The notes: generated from the letters alone by a model not told the origin. A stretch of 64,000 bases of DNA from Actinomycetota bacterium (GCA_003132585.1 PKYG01000023.1:11841-75840), one strand, 5' to 3'. Numbered from the stretch's first letter, positions 9,669 to 20,537 are shown. Numbers and translations: made by a program.

Positions 9669-10895
9669 GTGAGAGTCGCTTTCTTCCTCGAGGCCTTCCC
9701 GCGGGTGTCCGAGACGTTCATCCTTAGCCAGATAACCGGTCTCATCGACCGAGGAATCGAGGTAGACATCTACGCAGCCCGACCCGAACCGGGGACCCCG
9801 ACACACCCCGATGTGGGCCGGTACGATCTGCTGAGCCGTACGCACTACCACGACCGTCCGCCCGGCCACCCGGCACGGCGGCACCTGCGCACCCTGCAGC
9901 TCGTTGCGCAGAGGGTGTCAGCCCGTCCGGCTACAGCGCCCAAGCTCCTGAGACTGGCGCGGCGCGCGCCCGCAGACACACGGCTATCCCCGCTCTACGA
10001 CACGCACCCGACAGCGCCGCACCGGGAATACGACATCATCCACGCTCACTACGGCCGCCTCGGCACCCGAGCGGTCATGCTGCGCGAGCTTGGGTGGATG
10101 GCCGGCAAGATCGTCACGTCGTTCCATGCGTACGACATCTCCTCCTACGTACGTGTCCACGGCCCCGACGTCTACGAGCTGCTTTTCAGCAGAGGCGATC
10201 TCTTTCTCCCAATCAGCCTGTATGGGCAGCGCAAGCTCCTCGGACTGGGATGTCCGAGGGAGCGACTCGCTGTCCACCGCATGGGTGTCGATTGTCGCGA
10301 TCTTCCGTTTTGGCGTCCCAGGGAGACCGAAGGAGCGCGCACGAGATTCGTGGGCATCGGTCGGCTCGTCGAGAAGAAGGGCTTCGAATACCTCATCGAC
10401 GCCTTCGCCAAGTCGCGCGCCCGACTGCGCGCAACCCTCACACTGGTCGGTGACGGGCCGCTGCGCGATGCGCTCACGCAGCGGGTCGCGGCCCTCGAGC
10501 TCATCGGAAGCGTCCGTCTGATCGGCTGGCAGACACAGCCGGTCGTGCGTCAGCTCCTAGTTGACAGTGACGTCCTCGTAGCTCCAAGCGTGACGGCATT
10601 GAGCGGAGACGAGGAGGGCATCCCCGTGGCAATCATGGAAGCGATGGCCACGGGGCTGCCTGTGATAAGTACGCGCCATGCGGGAATCCCCGAACTGGTC
10701 AACGACGGCGTGTCTGGGCTACTGGTCCCAGAGCGCAACTGCGATGCCCTGGCCGCATGTCTTGACACTCTCCACGAGAACCGACATCTCTGGCCGGGCA
10801 TGGCTGCCGCCGGCAGGAAGATTGTTGAGAGAGAGCACGATGTCGACGCCCTCAACGACGAACTAGTGCGTCGGTACGAGCGCCTCGTGAAGTGA
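9669..10895 (+). CDS. Glycosyltransferase family 4 (GT-B)
   Basis: VRVAFFLEAFP N-terminus typical of GT4 (GTG start at 9669; the ORF track begins upstream at 9567). C-terminal EGIPVAIMEAMATGLPVISTRHAGIPELV motif. Confidence 0.75.
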   Translation: MRVAFFLEAFPRVSETFILSQITGLIDRGIEVDIYAARPEPGTPTHPDVGRYDLLSRTHYHDRPPGHPARRHLRTLQLVAQRVSARPATAPKLLRLARRAPADTRLSPLYDTHPTAPHREYDIIHAHYGRLGTRAVMLRELGWMAGKIVTSFHAYDISSYVRVHGPDVYELLFSRGDLFLPISLYGQRKLLGLGCPRERLAVHRMGVDCRDLPFWRPRETEGARTRFVGIGRLVEKKGFEYLIDAFAKSRARLRATLTLVGDGPLRDALTQRVAALELIGSVRLIGWQTQPVVRQLLVDSDVLVAPSVTALSGDEEGIPVAIMEAMATGLPVISTRHAGIPELVNDGVSGLLVPERNCDALAACLDTLHENRHLWPGMAAAGRKIVEREHDVDALNDELVRRYERLVK

Positions 10896-11022
10896 CCCAT
10901 TGCTTGGCGACATGCACGCTGCGGCGCGACGCCGCAGCTACAGCGCGGTGCCGGCTCATTCGTTCGATTGCCTCACCGGCCGGATCGGACGAGGGCCCAG
11001 TCCGGGAGAGCCGAATCGGCGG

Positions 11023-12330
11023 TTAGTCCCGTCCCGAGGCTCGCGCATCATGACGCTCACGGCGGACGGCTGCGCTGAGCGGCGAGACACACTGACGCAG
11101 TTTCGCTTTCTGACGCGGTAGCTCTTCATTGACTTGCACTCGCAACTTGGGGAGTTGCGAGACGAAGTTCTCGACAAGCGCCGCGAAGCGGCCAGGTTGA
11201 ATCGACTCGATGTCTGTGACCCACTCCGCGAAGCCCAACTCGTCGAAGACTTCGCGCGCCTTGAATTCATACGAGATCGGAAGCACGGGGGTTCCGGCCA
11301 GGAGAGACAAAATGCCTGCATGCAGTCGGGTTGCAATCGTGAAGTCGAATCGCCCGAGCATGCCGGCGAGATCTCTCGGGTCGTGGAAGCAGGAATCCAC
11401 CGTGGCGCCAGCTTGGACGTCATCGGGCACGGCGGACCAGATGGCGGAGGCCACCCTGGAGTCGTCCGTCCAGTAATCCGAAACGCCCTGGCACGTTGAG
11501 AGGAAGACGACGTCGGCTCCCCAGTGCCGTACAAGTGCAACGACAGCTGAGGCAATCGCCTCCATGAAGTCGGCCATGCCAGCAGAGTTCGGTTTCGTTG
11601 TGAAGTACGGCCACTCTCTCACGGACACAGCCACCCTCAACGCCATTGGGTCTCGGACATCCAAACTGTGCCCTTCGAGCTGCTCCCGCGGCCTGAGTCC
11701 GAACGCCGCGTCCGGAACCACGAGCATCCGCGGGTTGGCGGGAGCGAGCGCCGTGGCATGAGAGAACGAACGGGCGTCCCTCAGCAGCACGAGTTCGGCA
11801 CCGGACAGGCATTCCGCCATCTTGAGTCGATTCAAACGGCCGCTGAACGGACCCATCGACTGGGGCAACAACACGTATCTCTTGCCTAGTCTTGAGATCA
11901 CCTTCAACTCGAGAGACAGCCATTCGAGAGAGTAGTTCTCGACTAGGTACGTGCCACCGGTGAAGGCGACAAGGTCGGCCGTCTGGTATTCGAGGAGGTC
12001 GCGGATCTCTCTTCTGGATAGCAGCAGCCTGCTCATTCTGCGACCTCGTGACAGCCAGACGGCGACGCCAAACGCGTAACGCCGGCTGTTCAGTCGGCGA
12101 ATGAGGCCTCCGAGCACCGGGATGCCTTCCGGGCCGCGTTGGCCGTTCTTGGCGAGCCTGAGACGGAAGTCGTAGTCGGGGTAGTGTCGGTGCGCCGCAA
12201 TGGGGTGGGTGTCGAAGACGACTACCTGTAACGACGAACCCAAGGCTTCCCGAAGGAGCTCCTCCTCGGCAATGAGAATGGCAGCGTCACCTCCGTTGAG
12301 GGTCACGGTGCCGGTGATGATGACCTTCAT
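11023..12330 (-). CDS. Polysaccharide pyruvyl transferase (CsaB/WcaK-like)
   Basis: MKVIITGTVTLNGGDAAI… and overall PS_pyruv_trans architecture. The start abuts the stop of the upstream flippase. Confidence 0.65.
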   Translation of the reverse strand: MKVIITGTVTLNGGDAAILIAEEELLREALGSSLQVVVFDTHPIAAHRHYPDYDFRLRLAKNGQRGPEGIPVLGGLIRRLNSRRYAFGVAVWLSRGRRMSRLLLSRREIRDLLEYQTADLVAFTGGTYLVENYSLEWLSLELKVISRLGKRYVLLPQSMGPFSGRLNRLKMAECLSGAELVLLRDARSFSHATALAPANPRMLVVPDAAFGLRPREQLEGHSLDVRDPMALRVAVSVREWPYFTTKPNSAGMADFMEAIASAVVALVRHWGADVVFLSTCQGVSDYWTDDSRVASAIWSAVPDDVQAGATVDSCFHDPRDLAGMLGRFDFTIATRLHAGILSLLAGTPVLPISYEFKAREVFDELGFAEWVTDIESIQPGRFAALVENFVSQLPKLRVQVNEELPRQKAKLRQCVSPLSAAVRRERHDARASGRD

Positions 12331-13752
12331 TTAGGCTGACGCCTCCGCCCGTCGCCGCAGGAGGAGGCGAAGGTCGGCGACAGCCTCTTTGCCGATGCGA
12401 GTGAAGCGCAGTACCGGCAGCATGATTGCAGCCGTCACCGCCGCCGCAAGCGCGAGCCCCTCTACCTTCCCGACACCTGGGAGCGCGAAGCGCAGCAAAA
12501 CGATGGCGGCAAGCACAGCGAGTCCGATCAGCCACGGCCTCAGACTAGCTTGGAGTATGTCCTTGGCCGACACCGGGCCGCGGCGCCCGACGTACCAGAC
12601 CAGAAACGGGGTCCGAATCGCGAGACCCGAGATCGCGTACGCGGCCGCAACTCCAACGGGCCCGTGCGGCAGGCCGATGACGAACGACGCGACCGACATG
12701 GCCGATCCGATGAGGCCCCAGTGGAAGAACTCGCGCGTGCGATGCTGCGTTATGAACAGCCACCCGGTCGTGTTTGCGACGGGCTGGACCAGCGCCGCTA
12801 TGCCAAGCCAAGCGAAGATCGCGGCCGCACCGTGCCACTTGGGGCCCAGGACGATGGCGATGGTCCAGCCCGAGGTCGCGGTCAGGAACGCGACCAGGGG
12901 CGCGGTAATCAGCGTTAGCTTGCCGAGGACCTCTCGATACGCACGCCTATACCTGTCCGGCTCGTCCTGAAGCCGGCTCATGGCCGGCACTGCGACGGTC
13001 GCGGCGGGAGCGTTGATCTGTTGCAGAGGCATCATCAGGATGCTGTACGCCCTCGAGTAGAGGCCCAGCGGCCCTGCGCCCCAGCGCCAGCCGATGAGGA
13101 CGTTGTCCATGTTGCGCGCGAAGTAATTGACCGTGTTGAAACCCGTGAGGTAGCCACCAAACGCCAGCATCTCGCGAACGCCTGCGGCCCGTCGCGGGCG
13201 CCCGGGTCGCCAACTGCACGCCACCCAATATCCCGCCGTGGCCGCCGCAGCGGTCACGATCGACATTGCCACAAGCGCCCAGTAGCCGGTGCCGCACAGG
13301 GCCATTACGATCGCCACCGCGACGCTGATCGCCATTGAACTAACTTGAATCACCGTCAGCGCCAGGAAGCGCATCTGCCGTTGCAGCAGCGCGGCATGCT
13401 GCACACCGAGGCCATCGAAGAGGAACCCGATGGACATGACGGCGGTAATGAGGGTCAGCGCAGGTTCGCGATACAGCAGCGCCAACGCTGGGCCCAGGGC
13501 GGCCACCACGATCATGAGCACGCCGCTCACAGTCACATTGACCCAGAAGAGGAGGTTCACCTCGTCATGGGTCACCTGACGTTTCTGGACGGTGGCGGTA
13601 GACAAGCCAAGGTCCTTGAACAGGGCGAGAAACCCGGTAACGGCTGTCATCATGGCGATCAGACCGAACACGGATGGTGTGAGGAGCCTGGCCAGCACCA
13701 TGGTGGAGCCGACCTGCAGGCAGAGTATGGCGCCCTGCCCGATCAGCGTCAC
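12331..13752 (-). CDS. Wzx-like oligosaccharide flippase (MOP/PST superfamily); start uncertain
   Basis: LLTPSVFGLIAMMTAVTGFLALFKDLGLSTATVQKRQV… with 12+ TM segments. The upstream 180 codons of the ORF are Arg/Pro-rich and not protein-like, so a GTG at 13752 is proposed as the start. Confidence 0.65.
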   Translation of the reverse strand: MTLIGQGAILCLQVGSTMVLARLLTPSVFGLIAMMTAVTGFLALFKDLGLSTATVQKRQVTHDEVNLLFWVNVTVSGVLMIVVAALGPALALLYREPALTLITAVMSIGFLFDGLGVQHAALLQRQMRFLALTVIQVSSMAISVAVAIVMALCGTGYWALVAMSIVTAAAATAGYWVACSWRPGRPRRAAGVREMLAFGGYLTGFNTVNYFARNMDNVLIGWRWGAGPLGLYSRAYSILMMPLQQINAPAATVAVPAMSRLQDEPDRYRRAYREVLGKLTLITAPLVAFLTATSGWTIAIVLGPKWHGAAAIFAWLGIAALVQPVANTTGWLFITQHRTREFFHWGLIGSAMSVASFVIGLPHGPVGVAAAYAISGLAIRTPFLVWYVGRRGPVSAKDILQASLRPWLIGLAVLAAIVLLRFALPGVGKVEGLALAAAVTAAIMLPVLRFTRIGKEAVADLRLLLRRRAEASA

Positions 13753-14351
13753 GGCCCCGCCGCGGAGGGCTCTGCCTCTCAGGTCGTCGGCAAGATGAGC
13801 CGTGGCGAAGAAGTCGCCAGCGCGACTCGCATTCCTCAAGGCCGCAGTCCCCCTCCGAGTGCTAGTCAAAATCCAACCGCAGCCATTCCACAGCAGACCC
13901 GCACCGCAGCCAAGTCGCGGCGTCACGCTTGTGTCGGACAACAACGCCTTCAGCCGCCGAGGCAAGCACTCTTGGCGGCGCAACGACGGCTTGGAGGCGA
14001 CGCGCGCCCATAAGTACGCCGGTCCATTATGAGCTACCAAGACTCGATGTGGCAGATGGCCGTTTGGTCGGTTTGCGCATGCTAACACGTACCGGTTCAT
14101 GGGCAAGCTGGCCGGCGACCTCGTGACGCGCCCCGCGCCGAGCGGTCTCGGAATCCGCGCAGGGGTGGGTGCGACCATGGGGGGCGACGTGTAACGCTGC
14201 CAGAAAGACCCGCCACAACGAGGGCTGTCACCAGGGCGGCGGATCTGCGCCCTGTTGGCTGAGCCTTGATTCGATATGGGTTGCCCTAGGCGCAACCGGT
14301 CAAGGGCCGAAGGTCAAGGACTTCGCAACGCCCGTAGCGGTATGTACCTCG

Positions 14352-16088
14352 CTAGGTCACGTCCATGCGGTAGATCGTCACGTCAGGGTTCCTGTAGACG
14401 ACCGACCAGCCGGGCGCGGTCGGAATCTTGCGAACCAGGTCCTTGAATCCCGTCGGGTAGCCGTAGAAGTCGGACCAAGAGTACATGCCCAAGTTGACGA
14501 CCACATAGGCGCTGCGATGGCCGAGGCTGGCGACCCAGTCGTTCACCTCACTGAGCTTGCCTTCGTCCATCCAGGGATTTGACGTGATCTGGTAGTCGGC
14601 AGGCATGAACTGCACGTCGTAGGCGTTGTAGTCGAAGACAAACCCCACCGGGAAGTTCCTGGCTGGCAGCGCAATCAGCGAGCCATGCGGGACGTGGTCG
14701 TAGAGCCAGACGCTGGCCGCCAACTCATCCGGGGCGGTGCTGTCAACTTGGATCGGACCATACAGGCCCTGCAGACCGGCGAATAGCGCCACTGTGCACA
14801 CCACTCCGACGGAAAGCCAGCGCCGGAGCGGCGAGCGCAGCTCGTTCAGCTCCGAGGCGATCAGCAGAGCACACCACGGAGCAGAAAAGAGGTAGATCCG
14901 GTAGATCGCCTCGCCGCCGTAGTTCTGGACGAGTGCCAAGGCAAAGGGGCTGAAGGCTAGCACTGCCGGGATCATTACTCGCCCGAGCTCGCGGCGTCGG
15001 CGTGCGATCACCAACAGCGCGAGCGACCACATCGACACTGCGAGACCACGGCAGACCCACGCCGTCAGCGCTTCGGCGCCCTGGTAGTAGGCGCCCTTCA
15101 CACCCGATGCGTTCGACACGGGGTTGACACTGCTGACCAGCCCGAAGTTCTCCGCGACGAAGCTGAACCGCGGGGCCAGGTAGGCCGCAGCGATAGCCGC
15201 TAGCAGAAGCCAAACCCAACGCGGTCGAACCAGGCCGAGCAGGGTGAGCGCTCCCACACCCGCAAGGGCCATGTACGGTGTCAGCTGATGCGCAGCGACG
15301 ACGGAGAAGAAGATTGCGGCAACCAGTGCGACCGCAAGAAGTCGGTGCCTCGGCTTGGTCTCAGACGGGGCTTCGAGCCCCGCGAGCAGCCACGCACGGA
15401 GCCGAGCTACCCTTCCGCGCGACTCCGGTGCCGCCGGAGGCGCGCGTAACCAGCGCAGGAGGATCACCACGATGCCGAGCCACAGCAGGTAGCCAAACGC
15501 CTGCGGCGACAGGTAGTCCTGCCCGATCCAGCTGATGAGACCGACGTAAATCAGGACTGCGATGAAGGCCACGCGGCGCTCCCGCACCAGCTGGCAGAAG
15601 ATGCCCAGCACCAGCAGCGCATCAGCCAGCTCGAATGCCAGTGGCGACCACGCAGCAAACGAGAGCGGACCTACGTGCCCGAGCGCGCTCACGCCGGCGA
15701 CTCCCGCAAAGAACGCCGGCCATCGCTGATAGATATTCGACGGCTCGGTTACGCGTCCGTAGTGGCCGAGAGACTGCGCGACCCCGATGTGCTTGTACGT
15801 CCACGCGTACTCGGGGGTGCCGCCGTAGATGATAGGCGCAGCAGTGTAGATCGCGACAATCAAGACAACGAGGCAAGCCACGAGCAGCCATTCACGCGGC
15901 TTGGGCCGCACTAGTTCGATCAGGAACGCGGCCAGCAACGCTGCCAGGCCGAGGGGGAACCAAATCGGCGCGCTTGCAAGCAGTCCGTACGAGTGAATCG
16001 CAAGCGGCGAGAGTTGGCTGAGAGCGTACGCCCAGGCGGCGAGTCCGAGGGCCAGCAACGCGAGCGGCGCCATGCTGCGACGTGTCAT
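14352..16088 (-). CDS. Polytopic membrane protein with C-terminal extracytoplasmic domain (candidate polymerase or GT-C-like enzyme of the glycopolymer pathway)
   Basis: At least 12 hydrophobic helices followed by a soluble C-terminal ~150 aa. Start taken at MTRRSMAPLALLALG (ATG 16088), which overlaps the stop of the upstream small gene (ATGA). Confidence 0.55.
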   Translation of the reverse strand: MTRRSMAPLALLALGLAAWAYALSQLSPLAIHSYGLLASAPIWFPLGLAALLAAFLIELVRPKPREWLLVACLVVLIVAIYTAAPIIYGGTPEYAWTYKHIGVAQSLGHYGRVTEPSNIYQRWPAFFAGVAGVSALGHVGPLSFAAWSPLAFELADALLVLGIFCQLVRERRVAFIAVLIYVGLISWIGQDYLSPQAFGYLLWLGIVVILLRWLRAPPAAPESRGRVARLRAWLLAGLEAPSETKPRHRLLAVALVAAIFFSVVAAHQLTPYMALAGVGALTLLGLVRPRWVWLLLAAIAAAYLAPRFSFVAENFGLVSSVNPVSNASGVKGAYYQGAEALTAWVCRGLAVSMWSLALLVIARRRRELGRVMIPAVLAFSPFALALVQNYGGEAIYRIYLFSAPWCALLIASELNELRSPLRRWLSVGVVCTVALFAGLQGLYGPIQVDSTAPDELAASVWLYDHVPHGSLIALPARNFPVGFVFDYNAYDVQFMPADYQITSNPWMDEGKLSEVNDWVASLGHRSAYVVVNLGMYSWSDFYGYPTGFKDLVRKIPTAPGWSVVYRNPDVTIYRMDVT

Positions 16089-16462
16089 CGGTGGACCCTC
16101 CGCGTGAGCCTCGCGAGACACGAGGCCAGGCCCACACCGGCGAGCGCAAGAAGTGCCTGTGGATGCCACGCGGCCGCCCAGATCATGATTGCGCTCCCAA
16201 GCGCGAACACGGCCAGGCTTACAACGAGCGTTAACCCGGCCTGAGCAAAGCCCTCGCCACTGTCGACCCAGCACATGACGGCAGCGCCTGCGGGCACGCA
16301 AGCCAACACGAGCGCACCCACCAACGCCGAACCATGCCAGGAGGGAGCCAGCACGAGGGCCGTAGCCAACACGCTCGCCACGATGCCGGCATACGCCGTC
16401 ACTTCCGTGCGCGATCTTCTCACGACAGCCTCGATCGAGGCACGCCACAACGAGCTTGGCAT
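16085..16462 (-). CDS. Small 4-TM membrane protein, translationally coupled to the polymerase-like gene
   Basis: 125 aa with four hydrophobic segments. The stop codon overlaps the ATG of the downstream gene. Confidence 0.4.
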   Translation of the reverse strand: MPSSLWRASIEAVVRRSRTEVTAYAGIVASVLATALVLAPSWHGSALVGALVLACVPAGAAVMCWVDSGEGFAQAGLTLVVSLAVFALGSAIMIWAAAWHPQALLALAGVGLASCLARLTRRVHR

Positions 16463-16516
16463 GTCCCGCCGTCTGCGGTCACGACCGCGCCCCAGTCGAC
16501 GCCCACGTGACGCCGC

Positions 16517-17806
16517 TCACATGTCCGCCCGTTTCATGCGACCCACCTGGAGTCGTGCCGCGGCATACATGAACGGACCTTGGAGCAGCCCAATGCGATT
16601 CGCTCGCAGAAGCTCACGCGGAAAGTCCTCGTCGAGCTCACGTGAGCGGCGGCCGTGGCGAGAGAACTGGTCACGCACCGCCTGACGGCTGAGGCGCAGC
16701 AACTCGGGGGCGCAGCTTGGCTGGCGCACGAGCATGGCTGTGTAGTAGGCACCGAGCCCACGGCCGTATCCTAGCAACACTCGGCGCATGGCTGCGTATT
16801 CGCGCCGGTGGCGATGGCGCACGATCGCGGACGGCTGGTAGACGATGGTCCCTCCGGCGAGCAACAGCGTACTCAGCGCCGCTGTGTCCTCGCCGCCAAG
16901 CGTTGGAGTGCCGGCGCCGAGCGCACAGTCGAAGCCGCCAATCCGCTCCAGCGCGTCGCGGCGGAACGCCATGTTGCCGCCGGAGCCCCACGGCGGTAGC
17001 GGATACAGCGGGCTCTGCAGGTGCGCGGTGGCCGGCGAGAACACAGCACGGCTGAAGCCGCGGCCCCTTCGAACGCCGGAGTACTGCTCATACCAGCTCT
17101 GGCTCTGGGTCTCAAGCTCCTCCGGAATGATGATCCCGGTGACCGCGCCGGCATTGGGAACCTCGACGAACCCGCGAGCCACTTCGACCGCCCACCAACG
17201 GTCGCAGAGCGCGTCGTCGTCCACGTAGGCGACGATCTCGCCGCTTGAGGCCTCGATGGCGCGATTGCGCGCCCATGACAGCCCGGGGTGCGGCTCCGTC
17301 ACGTAGTCGATCTCGCGCTCGCGCGCGAGTTCGGCAACGAGCCGTTGGGAGCGCAAATCCGAAGGGGCGTTGTCGACGACGAGGACCTGCAGGCGACCGT
17401 AGTCTTGCACGCTCAGGCTATCGAGGATCAACGCTAGTGCCTCAGGGCGGTCGCGGGTGCATACGGCGACTGTGATTGTGGGACCCTCGCAGAGCGCTAG
17501 CGCCCGGCCCTGGAGAAAGCGAGGGATTTGTGGTGGGCGCAGACCGGCGGTCGGCAGTTCGCCGGTCCAGGTTAGCCCGGACTCCTCAATTCGCTCGCGC
17601 AGCTGCGGCTCAAGCTCGCGCACCATCGCTGCCGCCAGCTCGTGCGGTTCAAGACCCTGGGCCGACAGTCGCTCGGACAGCATGCCAATCGGCTCGCCGA
17701 ACACACGTACCAGTACCAAGGCCTGCGCTCCGTCACGCGCCGCAGCAATTCTCGGAATGCCCGCGGCGACGTCACAATCAGCGACCACCCCGACGCTCGG
17801 CGTCAT
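16517..17806 (-). CDS. Glycosyltransferase family 2 with ~100-aa N-terminal domain (paralog of 5611-7047)
   Basis: ITVAVCTRDRPEALALILDSLSVQDYGRLQVLVVDNAPSD…YVDDDA. Start at MTPSVGVVADCDV (ATG 17806); the upstream ORF extension is not protein-like. Confidence 0.7.
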   Translation of the reverse strand: MTPSVGVVADCDVAAGIPRIAAARDGAQALVLVRVFGEPIGMLSERLSAQGLEPHELAAAMVRELEPQLRERIEESGLTWTGELPTAGLRPPQIPRFLQGRALALCEGPTITVAVCTRDRPEALALILDSLSVQDYGRLQVLVVDNAPSDLRSQRLVAELAREREIDYVTEPHPGLSWARNRAIEASSGEIVAYVDDDALCDRWWAVEVARGFVEVPNAGAVTGIIIPEELETQSQSWYEQYSGVRRGRGFSRAVFSPATAHLQSPLYPLPPWGSGGNMAFRRDALERIGGFDCALGAGTPTLGGEDTAALSTLLLAGGTIVYQPSAIVRHRHRREYAAMRRVLLGYGRGLGAYYTAMLVRQPSCAPELLRLSRQAVRDQFSRHGRRSRELDEDFPRELLRANRIGLLQGPFMYAAARLQVGRMKRADM

Positions 17807-18229
17807 GCGCTCAGGGCCCGTCACGTCGCACCGTTCCAGCGAATCCTCTCGGCCACGTTCTTTCCCTTCGTTGTCACTCCGTATGGACCCGCCTGTGTCG
17901 ATGCCCTGTGGGCAGCCATTAATGACAATAAGCGAGATGAGGACAAAGAGCATCCCGCCGAGGTCGGCAAACGAACGAGAACGATCCGGCAGCCACGATA
18001 CCGTTCTCAGAGCCGGCGACGCAAGGAAGCAGCGCGTGCGCCAAGCCCCTCACGTTGTGAATGACCCGACTGTCGCGCGGGGTGAGGGAAGGTTAGGATG
18101 AATGCCGACCCGGGGTGAGAGCCTTCGGGCGGTCTGGCCCAGTCTCGGGATCTCAGGACGAAGCCACGCGTCTGTGCCGGACGGCCCATGCGAGTCGTCT
18201 TGACGTGTTCGTCAGAAGGCAGGAACTGA

Positions 18230-19111
18230 ATGTTGCTGATTGCGAGGCTGCGGTCCGACCATCCATTCGGCGCCGTGCCACTTAGCTACGTCGAATCAGA
18301 TGGTACGTTCAACCTGGAGGGCGTAGGCCAGATCACCGCGGGCAAGGTGCTCGACCTGGAGAATCGCCGGCAGCTCGTGTGGGGCGTAGATGAGGCCATT
18401 CGTGAACGGGTGCTGGCGTCGGCGGGCGCGCGTATTCGAAAAGATCGAGATGGCGCGAAGCGCGCCGCCGCAGCTCACGCAGTAGCTCACGCAGTCGCCG
18501 TCGTTGCCGGCGCCGTCCCCGACGCGGGCGGGGCGGGCACCAGACCACCCGGCGTGCCACCCACGCCGACGAAGTTTGACGTACCGGGTGCGATCACTCA
18601 CGAAGGAGGCCGCATCGTCTGGAGTGAGTCCGCGGTGGCGGAGCCGGGACTTGACCAGACTCCGGGGCAGGCGCCACCTCGGCGCCGTCGCCTCTGGGTT
18701 TCGGCGATTGTCGCAATAGCCTGCGTCGCGGCTGTCGCATACGGCCTCCTCTCCTTGGGTCAAGTCATCCACTGGCCGGCCGTGTCCGGCGCAGCCCAGA
18801 CCACTCACTACACCGAGCTGTACTTCACCAGTCCGGCGACGCTGCCGACTGAGCTGAGCGCGCGCAAACCGAACCTCATCAGCTTCACCATCTTCAATCG
18901 CGAAGGCCACACACGCGTGTATCAGTACCTCGTCACGGTGGCCGGCCCGCGTGCATCGTCGGTCGTCGAACGCGGGTCCGTCGGCATCAAGGACCATGCG
19001 GGAGCAGTCAGAATCGTCAAAGTGGTCCCGCCTGGGAGTCACGGGACGTACCTGGTCACCGTGACCATCACCGATCCCCTGCAGACGATCCACTTCACCG
19101 CGCACTGGTGA
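18230..19111 (+). CDS. Hypothetical membrane-anchored protein (single TM plus beta-rich C-terminal domain)
   Basis: TM segment LWVSAIVAIACVAAVAYGLLSL followed by a TELYFTSPATLP…YLVTVTITDP domain. No family assigned. Confidence 0.4.
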   Translation: MLLIARLRSDHPFGAVPLSYVESDGTFNLEGVGQITAGKVLDLENRRQLVWGVDEAIRERVLASAGARIRKDRDGAKRAAAAHAVAHAVAVVAGAVPDAGGAGTRPPGVPPTPTKFDVPGAITHEGGRIVWSESAVAEPGLDQTPGQAPPRRRRLWVSAIVAIACVAAVAYGLLSLGQVIHWPAVSGAAQTTHYTELYFTSPATLPTELSARKPNLISFTIFNREGHTRVYQYLVTVAGPRASSVVERGSVGIKDHAGAVRIVKVVPPGSHGTYLVTVTITDPLQTIHFTAHW

Positions 19112-19142
19112 TGGCGAGTTCCAGGGAGCGGAGAGCGGCGGG

Positions 19143-20462
19143 ATGAGCCGGCAAGACTCGGGGACGCCGCCCCGGAAGTGGACAGCGCCTGCTCCTCGTC
19201 GTCTCGCCCGTGATCCGCTGCTTCGTAACTCCTTCTTCCTGACTCTGAACGCCGGGACGCAGGCCGCAGTCAGCTTCGTCTTCTGGCTTCTCAACTCCCA
19301 CCTGTACTCGGCCGGCCAACTCGGCACGGCCACGACCCTGCTCTCGGGTGCCGTCACCATCTCCTGGGTCAGCCTGTTTGGCTTCAACAGCACGTTCATT
19401 CGGTTCCTGCCCGCCTCTCGGCAGCCAAACGAAGAGATCAACACGGGCCTGCTGATGGTTTTCTCCACCGGACTCGTCGCCGCCGTCCTGTACGTCGTGA
19501 TTGTCCCGTTGTTGGTCCCCAGGCTGGGGCTCGTCCGCGAATCGTTCTCCTTCGCGGCCGGGTTCATCGTTCTGACGGCCTTCATGGGCGTCAATCTCGT
19601 GACCGACAGCGTCTTCATCGCCTTCCGCAAGGCGCAGTACAACGTCCTGGTCGACGGAGCCATCCAGGGCGCGGTGAAGCTGGTTCTCCCCGTCCTCTTG
19701 GTCGGTCTAGGGGCGTACGGAGTATTCATGTCGGCGGGACTTGCAGCGGTCGTGGCGGTGGCTGCGAGCATTGTGTTCATGATGCAGATCGTCGACTACA
19801 GACCCAGGCTGCGAGTGTCCCCCGGCGCCTTGAGGCGAACGTGGGACTACTCTGCGGCAAACTATGGGGCAAATCTCCTCGCCCTCTGCCCAGCCCTCGC
19901 CATTCCTCTGATCGTCCTGGACATACGAGGGCCTCGCCAGGCGGCCTTCTACTTCGTTGCCTACCAGGTCGCCAACCTCTTGTTCGCCCTTGGCTGGGCT
20001 GTGTCGTCTTCCTTCTTCGCCGAGGGCTCACACGAGGGCTCCGACCTTGCCTCTCTTCTTCGTCGCTCAGCGAAGGTCATTGCTCTCGTCTGCATACCCT
20101 GCGGGATCTTCGTCGCTGCGACAGGCCACTGGATCCTCCTCCTGTTCGGGCTCGCATATAGTGTGGGTGGAACATCCACGCTGGCCATTCTCGCCTTGTC
20201 GACGCCACTGGTAGCCCTCAGCTCGATGGCGATGACCGTGCTCAGGATCACGAAGCAGCTCCGCGCGTTGGTCCTCTCCACAGCTGTGTATGCAGCGGTC
20301 ATTGTGAGCCTGGCGCTGCTGGGCGCGGGACACGGCCTGCCGTGGGTGGCCACAGCCTACGTAGTCGGAACCACCGCGGCAGGCCTTCTGGCCGCCGGGC
20401 TCGCCGCGATTCGCTTGCGTGGCGACTCCGCGCCGCGTGACGTGCGCCCGGTCCCAAGGTGA
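19143..20462 (+). CDS. Polysaccharide transporter/flippase (PST family, Wzx-like)
   Basis: N-terminal NSFFLTLNAGTQAAVSFVFWLLNSHLYSAGQLG motif typical of PST flippases; 12+ TM. Confidence 0.7.
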   Translation: MSRQDSGTPPRKWTAPAPRRLARDPLLRNSFFLTLNAGTQAAVSFVFWLLNSHLYSAGQLGTATTLLSGAVTISWVSLFGFNSTFIRFLPASRQPNEEINTGLLMVFSTGLVAAVLYVVIVPLLVPRLGLVRESFSFAAGFIVLTAFMGVNLVTDSVFIAFRKAQYNVLVDGAIQGAVKLVLPVLLVGLGAYGVFMSAGLAAVVAVAASIVFMMQIVDYRPRLRVSPGALRRTWDYSAANYGANLLALCPALAIPLIVLDIRGPRQAAFYFVAYQVANLLFALGWAVSSSFFAEGSHEGSDLASLLRRSAKVIALVCIPCGIFVAATGHWILLLFGLAYSVGGTSTLAILALSTPLVALSSMAMTVLRITKQLRALVLSTAVYAAVIVSLALLGAGHGLPWVATAYVVGTTAAGLLAAGLAAIRLRGDSAPRDVRPVPR

Positions 20463-20537
20463 CCGCCGGTTCTCGCAGGGGACGAGTCCTCGCACCATCG
20501 TTGGAACCGTGCGCGGACAGGCGGTAGTGTCAGAGGC

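Noticed and set aside
12331-14295. Flippase start at 14295 (654 codons)
   Set aside because: The first ~180 codons are Arg/Pro-rich with no hydrophobic segment. Wzx proteins start about 15-20 residues before TM1, which places the start near 13752 (GTG). Exact start remains uncertain.
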